DNA of 64,000 nt from Lapillicoccus sp. (GCA_965277795.1 OZ255840.1:3493566-3557565), one strand, 5' to 3'. Shown: positions 46,501 through 56,194, counted from the stretch's first letter. Program-made: numbers and translations. The notes: a model not told the origin generated them from the letters alone.

Positions 46501-46934
46501 AGGAGCATGAGGTCTATGCCGACTCTGACGGCAAGTCGGGCGGGCAGAAGGAGAAGCTCGCCTACACGATCCTGGCCGCCTCGCTGGCCTACCAGTTCGG
46601 GCTCGACGCGACCGACCCCGCTGCCAGGACGTTCCGGTTCGCCGTGATCGACGAGGCGTTCGGCCGGGGTTCCGACGACTCGACCCGGTTCGCACTGCGT
46701 CTGTTCGCGCGGCTCGGACTCCAGCTGCTGGTCGTCACCCCGATGCAGAAGGTGCACACCATCGAACCGTTCGTGCAGCGAGTCGGCTTCGTCGACAACC
46801 CGAGTGGAGCATCGTCGCGACTGCACACGCTGACGATCTCCGAGTACCAGTTCCAGCGCGACCGCGCGACGGCCGAACGGCGGGGCAGACCCGACGAGCA
46901 GACGGGCCTGCTTGGCTTGGCCGCGAGCTCGTAG
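43530..46934 (+). CDS. jetC: Wadjet JetC / MksB-like SMC-family ATPase
   Basis: N-terminal FRLDHVELLGWGTFD...LLTGDIGSGKSTLVDAVTTLF (Walker A). Long coiled coils. C-terminal ABC signature/Walker B (SGGQKEKLAYTILAASL...RFAVIDEAF). Start ATG overlaps jetB stop (ATGGATGA). Confidence 0.85.
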   Translation: MDELPLDDVIGIPGFRLDHVELLGWGTFDRSVWRFDLDGHTSLLTGDIGSGKSTLVDAVTTLFLPAQLISYNKAAGAETRERSLRSYVLGYYKSERSETTGVSRPVGLRDHRSHSAVLAVFRNERLGTNVTLAQVFWMPDDHSGQPKRFYLVTESDISISPDLSDFGSDIKVLRKRLRDRGITLHDDFPDYAKAFRRALGIPSDQAMKLFHQTVSMKSVGNLNDFVRAHMLEPFDAASDVRALIDHFEDLTAAHDSVTKARAQLATLEPIVAACDDVDRFEAELDHVGEQQRALRYAGARLSHDLLEIEAETLAARELDTRTAIESTRSEIQSLADQEQGLRDAKAGHAGGRVGALEKERDGYAADAEQRSKRHRALNDDLTTAGLDALADPARFDAVREEAAQSQARLDTQTRVARTQLVDLEVARRDLAAEAGLVSEEIRSLQQRHSSIPLEQLTLRQRLCADLGLVETELPFVGELVQVRDGDERWRGAAERVLHGFALSLIVDAGLYRDVSRWVDGRHLGARVVYHRVDATARHLSSAPTPGTLAAKLELKSGPYAAWLASELQSRAAHECVEDPADFARAHRAVTVNGQVKSGSFHEKDDRKRIDDRSRYVLGWDNTTKKNALIERATALQDKVAGTDKARRDVEDLVATYASRSYALTRVLTVDDVRDVNWWESVARAEEARRELALLHDASTELAAIERQLGVVESERAAKESTRSDLDQQLGAVRSRLHQVIEARDQALETVRGIPDTLELAVTAAAEILRRTGVSRADRVTDEVELLRADLAVRSQSLESRRGTARSRAERGMSAFRQAYPAETSEMDASIDVAGDYRMFRERVARDDLPRFEQNFKRLLNQNAIREIAGFQARLNHQADEITQRVATINASLRDIDYNTDRFIRLEALPTPFLEIKEFRADLRACTQGALLGDADDELYSERKFEQVRGIIARFRGREGFAEHDRAWTVRVTDVRNWFVFNASERWRETNEEHEVYADSDGKSGGQKEKLAYTILAASLAYQFGLDATDPAARTFRFAVIDEAFGRGSDDSTRFALRLFARLGLQLLVVTPMQKVHTIEPFVQRVGFVDNPSGASSRLHTLTISEYQFQRDRATAERRGRPDEQTGLLGLAASS

Positions 46935-46938
46935 TCCC

Positions 46939-48165
46939 GTGAGCCCCGTTGTTCCCTCTGCGTGGTCCACGCTCCACGACATCCGGACCGCGCTGCAGCG
47001 CCGGTGGGACAAGGGCGAGCTGCTCACCTGGGTCGCATCGGGTGAACCGTGGACGGCAGTGCGGGTCCCCCTGCGCGGACCGAGCGCGCGCGAGCTGTCA
47101 GAGCAGTTCGGGCCGGTTCAGGACTGGTCCAGCACCCTGGCGCAGGACGCGGCGGGCCGGGCGCACAGGCGACGAGGCGGTGAACGGCTGCCGGCGTTCC
47201 GCATCGAACGCCGCACCGTCGGCGGTCGTCTGGTCGGGTCGAACGCCGTCCCCGTGGCCGCGTGGTTCGACTCACCCGACCAGGTCTGGTCGCTGCTGGG
47301 TTTGCAGTCCGACGTCGACGCGTACACCGCGTTGCTCGACTTCACCCGCGGGAGTGACGCACTCCTAGGCCAGTGGGCCGCGAGGAAACCCCTCACCGTG
47401 CTCGCCCACCGGTCAGACTGGGTGCAGGTGGTCGAGACGGTCCTGTGGCTCCACCCGCGGCGCGGCACCGCGGCCTACCTCCGCGAGATCGACGTCCCCG
47501 GTGTCGACACAAAGTTCATCGAGGCGCGCCGGGGTCTGCTGGGTGATCTTCTCGACGCCCTGTCGCCGGACGACGTCAACGGGTCACGCTTGTCAGCAAG
47601 GCATTTCGCTCGCCGCTACGGTTTCGCCGAGAAGCCGCGGATGATCCGGATGCGTTCGCTCGACGGGCTGCCCCTGTTCGGCGCGGTCTCCGACGCGGTG
47701 GTCCGCGTGGAGGAGCTCGCTCGCACCGAGATCGAGTGCGAGAAGCTGCTGGTCGTCGAGAACGAGGTGACGTTCCTGGCTCTCCCGGTGATCCCGAACG
47801 TTCTCGCGGTCTTCGGAGCCGGCTTCGACGTGCTGCGCCTCGGCCGGGTCCCGTGGGTCGCGGACCGCACGGTCATCTATTGGGGTGACATCGACACTCA
47901 CGGTTTCGTGATCCTCGACCGGCTGCGCGGCGTGCTTCCGCGCGTCGACAGTGCGCTGATGGACTTGGAGACGTTGCTGTCCCACCGAACACAATGGGTT
48001 CGGGAGCCCACCCCGTCCCGCGAGATCCTCACGCGACTCACGCCGGTCGAGTCCGACGTGTATGCCGCGCTGGCAACGGATGCGCTCGGACCGGCAGTCC
48101 GGCTGGAGCAGGAGCGGGTCAGCTTCACCACCGCCGAGTCTGTTCTTCGCGCCCGGCTGGGGTGA
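46939..48165 (+). CDS. jetD: Wadjet JetD / MksG-like Toprim (topoisomerase VI-A-like) nuclease subunit
   Basis: N-terminal DUF3322-like region (LQRRWDKGELL). C-terminal Toprim LVVENEVTFLAL...VIYWGDIDTHGFVILDRLR. Start GTG 46939, alternative TTG 46912. Confidence 0.8.
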   Translation: MSPVVPSAWSTLHDIRTALQRRWDKGELLTWVASGEPWTAVRVPLRGPSARELSEQFGPVQDWSSTLAQDAAGRAHRRRGGERLPAFRIERRTVGGRLVGSNAVPVAAWFDSPDQVWSLLGLQSDVDAYTALLDFTRGSDALLGQWAARKPLTVLAHRSDWVQVVETVLWLHPRRGTAAYLREIDVPGVDTKFIEARRGLLGDLLDALSPDDVNGSRLSARHFARRYGFAEKPRMIRMRSLDGLPLFGAVSDAVVRVEELARTEIECEKLLVVENEVTFLALPVIPNVLAVFGAGFDVLRLGRVPWVADRTVIYWGDIDTHGFVILDRLRGVLPRVDSALMDLETLLSHRTQWVREPTPSREILTRLTPVESDVYAALATDALGPAVRLEQERVSFTTAESVLRARLG

Positions 48166-48580
48166 CCTCAACCGCAGACATCGCAGTAGCCAGGCACGGG
48201 CATGTTCAAGAAACACCTCGGACAGATCTCTGCCTCGATGCGCGAGTTCCGTTGGCCACCTCGAGAGACAGGGTCATAGGCAGGCAGCTCGAGGGGCGCA
48301 GGCACCGGTCTCGACCATAGCGGACCTCAACAACGGCAAGACCGGCCGCGGCCTCGTCCGATCTGCTTCACCAACCTCGGTCTGCGGCGCCCTCGATTGC
48401 CAGCCTGGGACCCCCGCGAATGCGCCGCGGCAGACGAGGCGAATGCCCAGGGTCCGAGATCGGCAGCCGGAACTTCTCGACGGACGAGGTCGAGTACGAG
48501 CGGGCAGTGCTCTGCGTCAGCGCGACCGCATGACCATGCCAGCGCAGCGCAGATTGGACGACCCCTCCCGTCGGAACCCG

Positions 48581-48609
48581 TTGACACGGGCTCATGTCAT
48601 GTCTATGGT
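48581..48609 (+). promoter_or_regulatory. Near-consensus housekeeping promoter TTGACA-N17-TATGGT
   Basis: TTGACAcgggctcatgtcatgtcTATGGT lies within an unusually AT-rich 80-nt stretch about 125 nt upstream of the polyol dehydrogenase start. Confidence 0.4.
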
Positions 48610-48734
48610 TCTCTTCACACCCAGAGTGCGGTACCTATCATAAAGTTAACTTAGCGCGGCGTGGCGCGGGTGTCGCGAGGCTGCCGATGAGACGACCGGA
48701 CCCACACGCATGGTCGTCGGATGGGATGCCGAAT

Positions 48735-49769
48735 ATGCGCGCAGTCGTCTTTGCGGCCGAGGGCAGGCTGGCCCTGGAGGATCGCCCCGAACCGTCGCCC
48801 GGCCCGAAGGAGGTGGTTGTCGAAACTGCTGCTGTCGGGATCTGCGGCACAGACGCCCACGTCTTCGACGGTGAGTTCGAGGGCACGGTGTTTCCGCTCG
48901 TCCCGGGACACGAGGCGACCGGCACCGTGGTGGCGATCGGTTCCGAGGTCAGCGGCAGTGGGAACCCGGTCTGCGTCGGTGACCACGTCGCCGTGAACCC
49001 AAGCACCACGTGCGGGGAGTGCGAATTCTGTCTCAACGGTCACCAGAACCTCTGCCGGTCGTGGAACGGACTCGGGGTGGTTGCCTCCGACGGCGCGGCG
49101 CAGGAACGGTTCGTGGCTCCGTTGGCCAACGTCTACCGGCTGCGGCCCGAAACTGACCTGCATCAGGCCGCGCTGATTGAGCCGCTCGCCTGCTCCATCC
49201 GGGGCTGGGACGTCCTACCTCGCCGGATCGGTGATCACGTCCTCGTCTACGGCTCGGGGACGATGGGCCTGATCATGGCGCAGCTCGCTCCTCGGGCCGG
49301 GGCGGCTTCGGTGACCATCATCGACCTGAACGACGACCGACTCACGGCCGCGGAGGCGGTCGGCATCGAACACCGTCACACCAGCGCCGACGCGGCTCCG
49401 CGCACGCAGTGGGACGTCGTCATCGACTGCACCGGTAACGCCAAGGCGATCGAGGACGGCCTAGGCCGGGTCAAGGCGGGCGGCTTCTTCCAACACTTCG
49501 GGGTCGCCCCCGCGGAGGCCATAGCCGGCTACTCACCCTTCCGGATCTACCGCGACGAGATTTCCATCGTCGGGACGATGGCTGTTCTCAACTCGTTCGG
49601 TCGAGCCGTGGAGATGTTCGAGGCCGGGGTGATCAGGCCCGGACCGATGATCAGCCACTCCTTCACCCTCGACGACTACGCGGCAGCCCTGGAGATGTTC
49701 CGCCGGGGGACGGGCCGAAAGCTGCAGATCCGTCCGAACGACTCCGAGTCACGGGTCTTCACGTCATGA
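48735..49769 (+). CDS. Zinc-dependent medium-chain dehydrogenase (polyol/tetritol or threonine dehydrogenase-like)
   Basis: GICGTDAHVF...GHEATG. Structural Zn ligands CGECEFC. Rossmann GSGTMG. Start at internal ATG (MRAVVFAAEG). Confidence 0.8.
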   Translation: MRAVVFAAEGRLALEDRPEPSPGPKEVVVETAAVGICGTDAHVFDGEFEGTVFPLVPGHEATGTVVAIGSEVSGSGNPVCVGDHVAVNPSTTCGECEFCLNGHQNLCRSWNGLGVVASDGAAQERFVAPLANVYRLRPETDLHQAALIEPLACSIRGWDVLPRRIGDHVLVYGSGTMGLIMAQLAPRAGAASVTIIDLNDDRLTAAEAVGIEHRHTSADAAPRTQWDVVIDCTGNAKAIEDGLGRVKAGGFFQHFGVAPAEAIAGYSPFRIYRDEISIVGTMAVLNSFGRAVEMFEAGVIRPGPMISHSFTLDDYAAALEMFRRGTGRKLQIRPNDSESRVFTS

Positions 49770-50443
49770 GCGTCGCCCTGGAGACCGGCAGCTCTGAGTC
49801 ACGTCACCCCCAGGTGGGGAGGCTTTCGGACCGGACACGGACCTTGGCTCGCATCGGCGTCCCCCTCCTCATCCTCGTGGCCATGGCCTTCGGTACGAAG
49901 GTCGTCAGTTTGAACGACGCTGCCACCGCCGGGCCCAAGGTCTTCGACCCGGTGACCTACGGGAAGACGGAGTTCCCCAAGGTCCAGGAGGCCGTCACCA
50001 AGAAGGCCGTGCCCGCGGAGGTCCTCGCCAAGGCTCTCGCGGCCGACCCCGCTGCGGCAGCGAAGCAGTACGGCGTGCAGGGGGGCACGGGGCCGCTGTT
50101 CCCGGTGAGCCTAACTGGGACCATGGGCGCGGGGCAGTCGGGGATCTACGCCGTCACCGTAGCGGGTGTCCCATCCACCCTCATCATCCGCGTGCAGACC
50201 GGTCCCGCCATCAACGGAACGGACCTGAGGGACGCCACAGGGACGATCACCTTCGGCCAGTTCACCAACCAGATCGACTACCAGAACGCCGCGTCGGCCC
50301 TGAACACGCAGATGAAGCAGCAGGTCCTGACCCCACTCGGCACGGCCACGCTCACCGGCAAGAAGGTCACCCTGGTTGGCGCATTCCAGCTCATCAACCC
50401 CAACGGCTGGCTCATCACGCCGGTGAAGTTGACCGTCTCATGA
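49766..50443 (+). CDS. DUF2291-like periplasmic/lipo-protein associated with sugar ABC transporter
   Basis: ATGA-coupled to the dehydrogenase. TM/signal segment IGVPLLILVAMAF. Sits upstream of a two-domain sugar ABC ATPase, as DUF2291 usually does. Confidence 0.5.
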   Translation: MSVALETGSSESRHPQVGRLSDRTRTLARIGVPLLILVAMAFGTKVVSLNDAATAGPKVFDPVTYGKTEFPKVQEAVTKKAVPAEVLAKALAADPAAAAKQYGVQGGTGPLFPVSLTGTMGAGQSGIYAVTVAGVPSTLIIRVQTGPAINGTDLRDATGTITFGQFTNQIDYQNAASALNTQMKQQVLTPLGTATLTGKKVTLVGAFQLINPNGWLITPVKLTVS

Positions 50444-51993
50444 CCAGCGTCGAGGCAATGTCCATCGACGAGCCAGGCCCGGGCTCGGTCGTTCTGAGCG
50501 CTCGCAACGTCGTCAAGACGTACGGCGGCACGCAGGCCCTCAAGGGCGTCGACTTCGACATCACCCGCGGCACGGTGACGACCCTTTTCGGGGAGAACGG
50601 CGCCGGCAAGTCCACGCTGATGAAGATCCTTTCCGGCGTGGAGAGCCCCACATCGGGGGAGATCGTCCTCGACGGTGAGCCCGTGGTGTTCGGCTCGACC
50701 GTGGAGGCCCGTGACCGGGGGATCTCGATCATCCACCAGGAGCTGAGCCTCGCCCCCAACCTGTCCGTGCGCGACAACATCTTCATGGGTCGTGAGCTGC
50801 GCACCTCAAGAGGGAGCGTCGACTTCGCCGAGGAGGCCCGCCAGACCCGGGCCATTCTCACCGAGCTGGAAGAGGAGATCGATCCCCTGACCCCGGTCTC
50901 CGCGCTTCGTCTCGGCCAGCAGCAGATCGTCGAGATCGCCCGGGCCCTGTCCGTCAACGCCCGCATCCTCATCATGGACGAGCCCACCTCCGCACTCAGC
51001 GCCTCCGAGGTGGAGATTCTCTTCAAGGTCATCCACGACCTGACCTCCCGGGGCGTCTCCATCGTCTACATCTCCCACCACCTCGAGGAGGCACTGCAGA
51101 TCACCGACCACGCGGTCGTGCTGCGCGACGGGTCGATCACCGCAACGGCGGCTGCCCGCGACATCGACCTGGAGTGGGTGGTGCGGCAGATGGTCGGGGC
51201 GAACTTCGACCTCGGAGAGCCCCCTCCCCGGTCTGACACCGCCAAGGTCGCCCTCTCGATCGTCGACGTCAGTGTCGCCGACGTACGCAACCCGGACCGC
51301 TTCGTCGTCGACGGCATCAGCCTCGACGTGCGCGCCGGCGAGGTCGTGTGCCTCTACGGCCTCATGGGAGCCGGCCGTACCGAGCTCCTCGAGGCCGTCG
51401 CCGGACGGGTGCCGGTCGCGTCGGGGACAGTCCTGCTCGAGGGACAGGACATCACGCGACTGAGCATCGCGCAGCGCATCGCGCGGGGTCTGGGGCTGGT
51501 TCCCGAGGACCGTCAACGCGACGGCCTCGTCCAGACCATGTCGGTCGGTCGAAACATGTCACTGGCCAGCATCACGTCCTTCGTGCGCGGGCTCTTCGTC
51601 GCCGGATCCCGGGAGCGGACGCTCGTCGAGCAGTCCATCGACGCGGTGCACGTCAAGACGGCCGGTGGCGCCGCCGCGATCGGGTCCCTGTCCGGCGGCA
51701 ACCAGCAGAAGGTGGTCATCGGCAAGATCCTCGCGACCAACCCCGACGTGATCCTCCTCGACGAGCCCAGCCGCGGTATCGACGTCGGCGCCAAAGGCGA
51801 GGTGTTCCGCCTCCTCGCGGAGCGGGCCCAGACCGGCCTGGCCGTCGTCTACTCCACCTCCGAGGTGGGCGAGTGCCTGAGCATCGCCCACCGCATCGTC
51901 GTGATGCGCCGCGGGCGCATCTCGGCCGAATTCCCAGCCGACACCACCAAAGAAGCGATCATGGCCGCCTCGGGCGAAGCCGTGGTCGTGTGA
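50440..51993 (+). CDS. Sugar ABC transporter ATP-binding protein (tandem ATPase domains, RbsA/MglA-like)
   Basis: Two Walker A motifs (GENGAGKST and GLMGAGRTE), two LSGGQQ signatures. Confidence 0.9.
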   Translation: MTSVEAMSIDEPGPGSVVLSARNVVKTYGGTQALKGVDFDITRGTVTTLFGENGAGKSTLMKILSGVESPTSGEIVLDGEPVVFGSTVEARDRGISIIHQELSLAPNLSVRDNIFMGRELRTSRGSVDFAEEARQTRAILTELEEEIDPLTPVSALRLGQQQIVEIARALSVNARILIMDEPTSALSASEVEILFKVIHDLTSRGVSIVYISHHLEEALQITDHAVVLRDGSITATAAARDIDLEWVVRQMVGANFDLGEPPPRSDTAKVALSIVDVSVADVRNPDRFVVDGISLDVRAGEVVCLYGLMGAGRTELLEAVAGRVPVASGTVLLEGQDITRLSIAQRIARGLGLVPEDRQRDGLVQTMSVGRNMSLASITSFVRGLFVAGSRERTLVEQSIDAVHVKTAGGAAAIGSLSGGNQQKVVIGKILATNPDVILLDEPSRGIDVGAKGEVFRLLAERAQTGLAVVYSTSEVGECLSIAHRIVVMRRGRISAEFPADTTKEAIMAASGEAVVV

Positions 51994-52009
51994 CCCGGAA
52001 CAGGACCAC

Positions 52010-53182
52010 GTGCAGATGACTACCACCACTCGGAACCCCGCTGCGCCGACCACCGAGCCACCGACGCGTCGGCCAAAGCTCAACATCGGCCGTCTCCTGC
52101 TAGAGGGTCGGGCGTTCTTCGCCCTCCTCGCGGTCATCATCATCTTCTCCCTCCTCTCCCCCAACTACCTCACCGTCAGCAACATCCTGACGATGTCCTC
52201 GCACGTCGCGGTCTATGCCCTGCTGGCGATCGGGATGCTCCTGGTCATCCTCAACGGCGGCATCGACCTGTCCGTCGGCTCGACGCTAGGGCTGTCCGGC
52301 GTCGTCGCCGGTTTCCTCATGCAGGGGGTCAAGATCCCTCCCTTCGGGGTGGCGCTCTTCCCGTCTGTGTGGGTGGTGGTCGTCCTGTGCTGCCTCGTGG
52401 GCGCCTTGATCGGGCTGGTCAACGGCACACTGGTGGCACGGTTCAGGGTTGCGTCGTTCGTCGCCACCTTGGGCATGCTCTACGTGGTCCGGGGCGTGGC
52501 GCTGCTGATGACCAACGGTCTGACCTACAACGATCTCAGCGGCCAGCCGGAACTCGGCAATACCGGCTTCAACTGGTTGGGCTTCAACAAGCTGATCGGT
52601 GTCCCCATCGGCGTCCTGGTGATGATCGTCGTAGCGGTCCTCGCCAGCCTCCTGCTGACCCGCACCGTCTTCGGCCGCTGGCTGTACGCCTCCGGCGGCA
52701 ACGAACGTGCGGCCGAGCTGTCGGGGGTGCCCGTCAAGAAGGTCCAGGTCTGGGTCTACGTCATCTCGGGCGTCTGCGCGGCCCTCGCCGGTCTCATCCT
52801 CTCCTCGGAGCTCACCTCGGCTGGCCCCACCGCTGGCACATCCTACGAACTGACCGCCATCGCCGCCGTCGTCATCGGAGGGGCCGCCCTCACCGGAGGA
52901 CGCGGGAACGTGCGCGGCACCCTCCTCGGAGCGTTCGTCATCGGCTTCCTGTCCGACGGCCTCGTCATCATCGGTGTCTCGGCCTACTGGCAGACGGTCT
53001 TCACCGGAGCCGTCATCGTGCTCGCCGTCCTCCTTAACTCGGTGCAGTACGGCCGACGCCGCCGCACCCGCAAGAACGCCACGCCCTCCCCCGGTGAGGG
53101 CGCCACTCCCGACACCTCCCCCGGTACCCACCCGAACGACGACTCGAAGACCTCCACCCCATCCCGCACCTCACCCCGGTGA
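52010..53182 (+). CDS. Sugar ABC transporter permease (RbsC/branched-chain permease fold)
   Basis: Multiple TM helices. Conserved GGIDLSVG and ELTAIAAVVIGG motifs. Pro/Thr-rich C-terminal tail. Confidence 0.85.
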   Translation: MQMTTTTRNPAAPTTEPPTRRPKLNIGRLLLEGRAFFALLAVIIIFSLLSPNYLTVSNILTMSSHVAVYALLAIGMLLVILNGGIDLSVGSTLGLSGVVAGFLMQGVKIPPFGVALFPSVWVVVVLCCLVGALIGLVNGTLVARFRVASFVATLGMLYVVRGVALLMTNGLTYNDLSGQPELGNTGFNWLGFNKLIGVPIGVLVMIVVAVLASLLLTRTVFGRWLYASGGNERAAELSGVPVKKVQVWVYVISGVCAALAGLILSSELTSAGPTAGTSYELTAIAAVVIGGAALTGGRGNVRGTLLGAFVIGFLSDGLVIIGVSAYWQTVFTGAVIVLAVLLNSVQYGRRRRTRKNATPSPGEGATPDTSPGTHPNDDSKTSTPSRTSPR

Positions 53183-53211
53183 AGCACCCCCACCCCTTGG
53201 AAGGACCACCC

Positions 53212-54213
53212 ATGTCACGCAGAACTCTTGCGCTTCTTGCCGCATTCGCCACCGTCGGAATGAGCGTCTCCGCCTGCTCCTCGAGCTCGACCCCCTCACC
53301 CGGGGCCGGCGGTACCGGCGGTGCGGCCAGCGGCTCCGCGGGAGGCTTGATCACGATCATCGTCAACGACCCCGCCAACCCGTACTGGCAGACGGAGGGC
53401 ACCGTCGCCGCCGCGGAGGCCAAGACCCTCGGCTACACCGCCAACGTCGCCGCCTCCAAGGGCGACACCAACACCGAGAGCACCCTGATCGACACCGCCA
53501 TCACCAACAAGTCGGTGGCGATCATCCTCGACCCGGCCAATGCCAGCGGCTCGGTCGGCGCCGTCAAGAAGGCCAACGCCGCCAACATCCCGGTCATCCT
53601 CGTCAACGCCGAGATCAACCAAGAGGGCCTCGCGAAGGCCCAGCTCGTCTCGAACAACGCCCAGGGCGCGGCTATCGGCGCCCAGCAGTGGGTCAAAGAC
53701 GTGGGCGAGAAGGGGAACTACGTGGAGCTCCTCGGAGCCCCTTCCGACAACAACGCCGCCACCCGCTCCAACGGGTACCTGACCGTCCTCAGCCAGTACC
53801 CGACGCTGACGGAGGTCGGCAAGGAGGTCGCGAACTGGGACCGCACCCAGGGGCACGACAAAATGCAGACCCTCCTGCAGGCCCACCCGGATATCGCCGG
53901 CGTCATCTCCGGCAACGACGAGATGGCGCTCGGCGCGATCACCGCGCTCAAGCAGGCGGGCAAGCTCGCCCAGGTCAAGGTCGGCGGCTTCGACGGCTCT
54001 CCCGACGCGGTCACCGCCGTCAAGGCGGGTGAGTTGCAGTACACCGTTTTGCAGCCGGTCGCCACTTTCGCCAAGAAGGCCGTCCAGCAGGCGGATTCGT
54101 TCCTGAAGACCGGCAAGACCGGCGCGGACACGGAGAAGCAGGCCTTCGACTGCATCCTCGTCACCACGGCCAACGCGGGCAACTTCACCGGACCGTTCAC
54201 GCTCAAGCAATAG
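53212..54213 (+). CDS. Sugar ABC transporter substrate-binding lipoprotein (RbsB-like periplasmic binding fold)
   Basis: Signal peptide plus lipobox (VSACSS). Type I periplasmic binding fold motifs. Start at internal ATG (MSRRTL). Confidence 0.85.
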   Translation: MSRRTLALLAAFATVGMSVSACSSSSTPSPGAGGTGGAASGSAGGLITIIVNDPANPYWQTEGTVAAAEAKTLGYTANVAASKGDTNTESTLIDTAITNKSVAIILDPANASGSVGAVKKANAANIPVILVNAEINQEGLAKAQLVSNNAQGAAIGAQQWVKDVGEKGNYVELLGAPSDNNAATRSNGYLTVLSQYPTLTEVGKEVANWDRTQGHDKMQTLLQAHPDIAGVISGNDEMALGAITALKQAGKLAQVKVGGFDGSPDAVTAVKAGELQYTVLQPVATFAKKAVQQADSFLKTGKTGADTEKQAFDCILVTTANAGNFTGPFTLKQ

Positions 54214-54337
54214 CCAGCCTCGTGGTCGGGCGCTCGTTGACCTGGCCTGCCTTCTCGGCGCACGGAATCCGACCAGTTCGGTCGTCGCCCCGAGAATCCC
54301 TCCGGACCCCACCGGCCACCCTCTAAGGAGGTCCACC

Positions 54338-56194
54338 ATGAGCTACCTAGTCAACGACCCAGACACCTTCACCCAGGAGATGACCGACGGCTTCGTCGCG
54401 GTGCACGCTGACATCGTGCGGCGCGTCAAGGGAGGGGTCTGCCGCGCGGCCCCGACCCTGGAGGGTCAGGTGGCCGTCGTCATCGGCGGCGGTTCCGGAC
54501 ACTACCCAGCCTTCGCCGGTTTGGTAGGTCCCGGGTTGGCGCACGGCGCGGCGATGGGCCACGTCTTCGCCTCCCCCTCAGCCCACCAGGTGTACGAGGT
54601 GGCGAAGGCCGCCGCCTCCGACTCCGGCGTCCTGCTCAGCTACGGCAACTATGCGGGCGACGTCCTCAACTTCGACGCCGCGCAGGAACGTCTGCGCGCC
54701 GACGGGATCCCAACGCGAACGGTCGTCGTCACCGACGACATCTCCAGCGCCGGTCCAGACCACAGGGAGCTGCGCCGAGGAGTCGCCGGCGACCTCCCGG
54801 TCTTCCGAGCCGCCGCATGGGCTGCGGAGGAGGGTCGAACCCTCGACGAGACCTGGGCCGTCGCTCATCGGGCCAACGAGCAGACCCGCACCCTCGGCGT
54901 CGCCTTCTCCGGCTGCACCCTGCCGGGTGCGAAGGCGCCACTGTTCACCGTGCCGGCCGGCCGGATGGCCGTAGGGATGGGCATCCACGGCGAGCCCGGC
55001 ATCGAGGAACGGGATATCCCCACGGCCCGCGAGCTCGCGAACGAGCTCGTCGACCGACTCCTCGACGAGGCTCCGCAGACCGTCTCCCGCGGTCAGGGAG
55101 ACCAGCGAAACAGCGGTAGTCGCGTCGCTGTCATCGTCAACGGTCTCGGCTCGGTCAAGGCCGAGGAGCTCTTCGTCGTCTACCGGCAGGTAGCAGAGCG
55201 GCTCGAGGCCGCAGGGCTCACGATCGTCCAGCCTGAGGTCGGCGAGTTCGCCACGAGCTTCGAGATGGCGGGTCTGTCGCTCACCATCATGTGGCTGGAC
55301 GCGGAGTTGGAGCGAGCGTGGACCTCGCCCGCCTCGACCGCCGCATACCGACGAAGCCGACGGGAAGCGCCGGACGGGCCCACAGAGCCACACTTCCGAC
55401 CGGATCGGTCGACCAAGTCGCATGCGCCGACACCGCCACCGCCACCGCCACCGACACGGACACCGACACCGACACCGACACCGCCACGGACCTCGCCGCC
55501 GGGCACGCGGGCAGCCACCACACCAGCGGCGTCCGTGGCCTCTCGGGCCGCAGCCGGCCGGCTCGCCGACTGCGTTCGTGCGATGCGCGCGACGATAACC
55601 GAGAACGTGGACATGCTGGGCCAGCTCGACACCGTCGCCGGGGACGGGGACCACGGCATCGGCATGCAACGGGGCGTCACGGCCGCCGCGTCCGCCGCGG
55701 ACGAGACGGCGGCCTCAGGAGCGGGGCCACGGGCCACCTTGGGCGCTGCCGCCGACGCCTGGGCTGACAATGCGGGTGGCACCTCGGGGGCCCTGTGGGG
55801 TCTCGGGCTGCGGGCTCTCGCGGACCGCTTCTCCGACGACCTCCGCCCCTCGGCGGCGAGCATCGTCGACGGGGTAGCCGATGCGCGCGACGCCGTCATC
55901 CACGCCGGCAAGGCCCACTTGGGTGACAAGACTCTCCTCGACGCACTCATCCCGTTCAGCGAGAGCCTCGCGTCGGCCGTAGCCGGTGGCAGCCAGCTCC
56001 CGGAGGCATGGACGGCTGCCGCTGAGACGGCTACCGTCGCGGCAGCATCCACCGCCGACCTGCTCCCCCACATCGGACGCGCTCGAGCCCACGCCCAGCG
56101 CAGCGTCGGAACTCCGGATCCCGGCGCCGTGTCCTTCGCCCTGATCGTCACCGCCATCGCTCCCCTCGTGACCAGCAGAAAGGACTCAGCATGA
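54338..56194 (+). CDS. Dihydroxyacetone/erythrulose kinase family protein (fused DhaK-DhaL, ATP-dependent)
   Basis: DhaK motifs ([20 protein letters not shown]). DhaL C-terminal domain (GDGDHG). Pro/Thr-rich interdomain linker encoded by (ACCGAC)n. Confidence 0.85.
   Translation: MSYLVNDPDTFTQEMTDGFVAVHADIVRRVKGGVCRAAPTLEGQVAVVIGGGSGHYPAFAGLVGPGLAHGAAMGHVFASPSAHQVYEVAKAAASDSGVLLSYGNYAGDVLNFDAAQERLRADGIPTRTVVVTDDISSAGPDHRELRRGVAGDLPVFRAAAWAAEEGRTLDETWAVAHRANEQTRTLGVAFSGCTLPGAKAPLFTVPAGRMAVGMGIHGEPGIEERDIPTARELANELVDRLLDEAPQTVSRGQGDQRNSGSRVAVIVNGLGSVKAEELFVVYRQVAERLEAAGLTIVQPEVGEFATSFEMAGLSLTIMWLDAELERAWTSPASTAAYRRSRREAPDGPTEPHFRPDRSTKSHAPTPPPPPPPTRTPTPTPTPPRTSPPGTRAATTPAASVASRAAAGRLADCVRAMRATITENVDMLGQLDTVAGDGDHGIGMQRGVTAAASAADETAASGAGPRATLGAAADAWADNAGGTSGALWGLGLRALADRFSDDLRPSAASIVDGVADARDAVIHAGKAHLGDKTLLDALIPFSESLASAVAGGSQLPEAWTAAAETATVAAASTADLLPHIGRARAHAQRSVGTPDPGAVSFALIVTAIAPLVTSRKDSA
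55425..55495 (+). repeat. Hexanucleotide tandem repeats (CCGCCA)n / (ACCGAC)n encoding the [17 protein letters not shown] linker of the DAK-family kinase
   Basis: ccgccaccgccaccgccaccgacacggacaccgacaccgacaccgacaccgccacg read directly. Confidence 0.8.

Noticed and set aside
48245-48262. Possible attR: tggccacctc, matching 10 nt of the tRNA-Phe 3' end
   Set aside because: Only 10 contiguous matching bases, 25 kb away, with no extended flank similarity. Expected by chance in GC-rich sequence.
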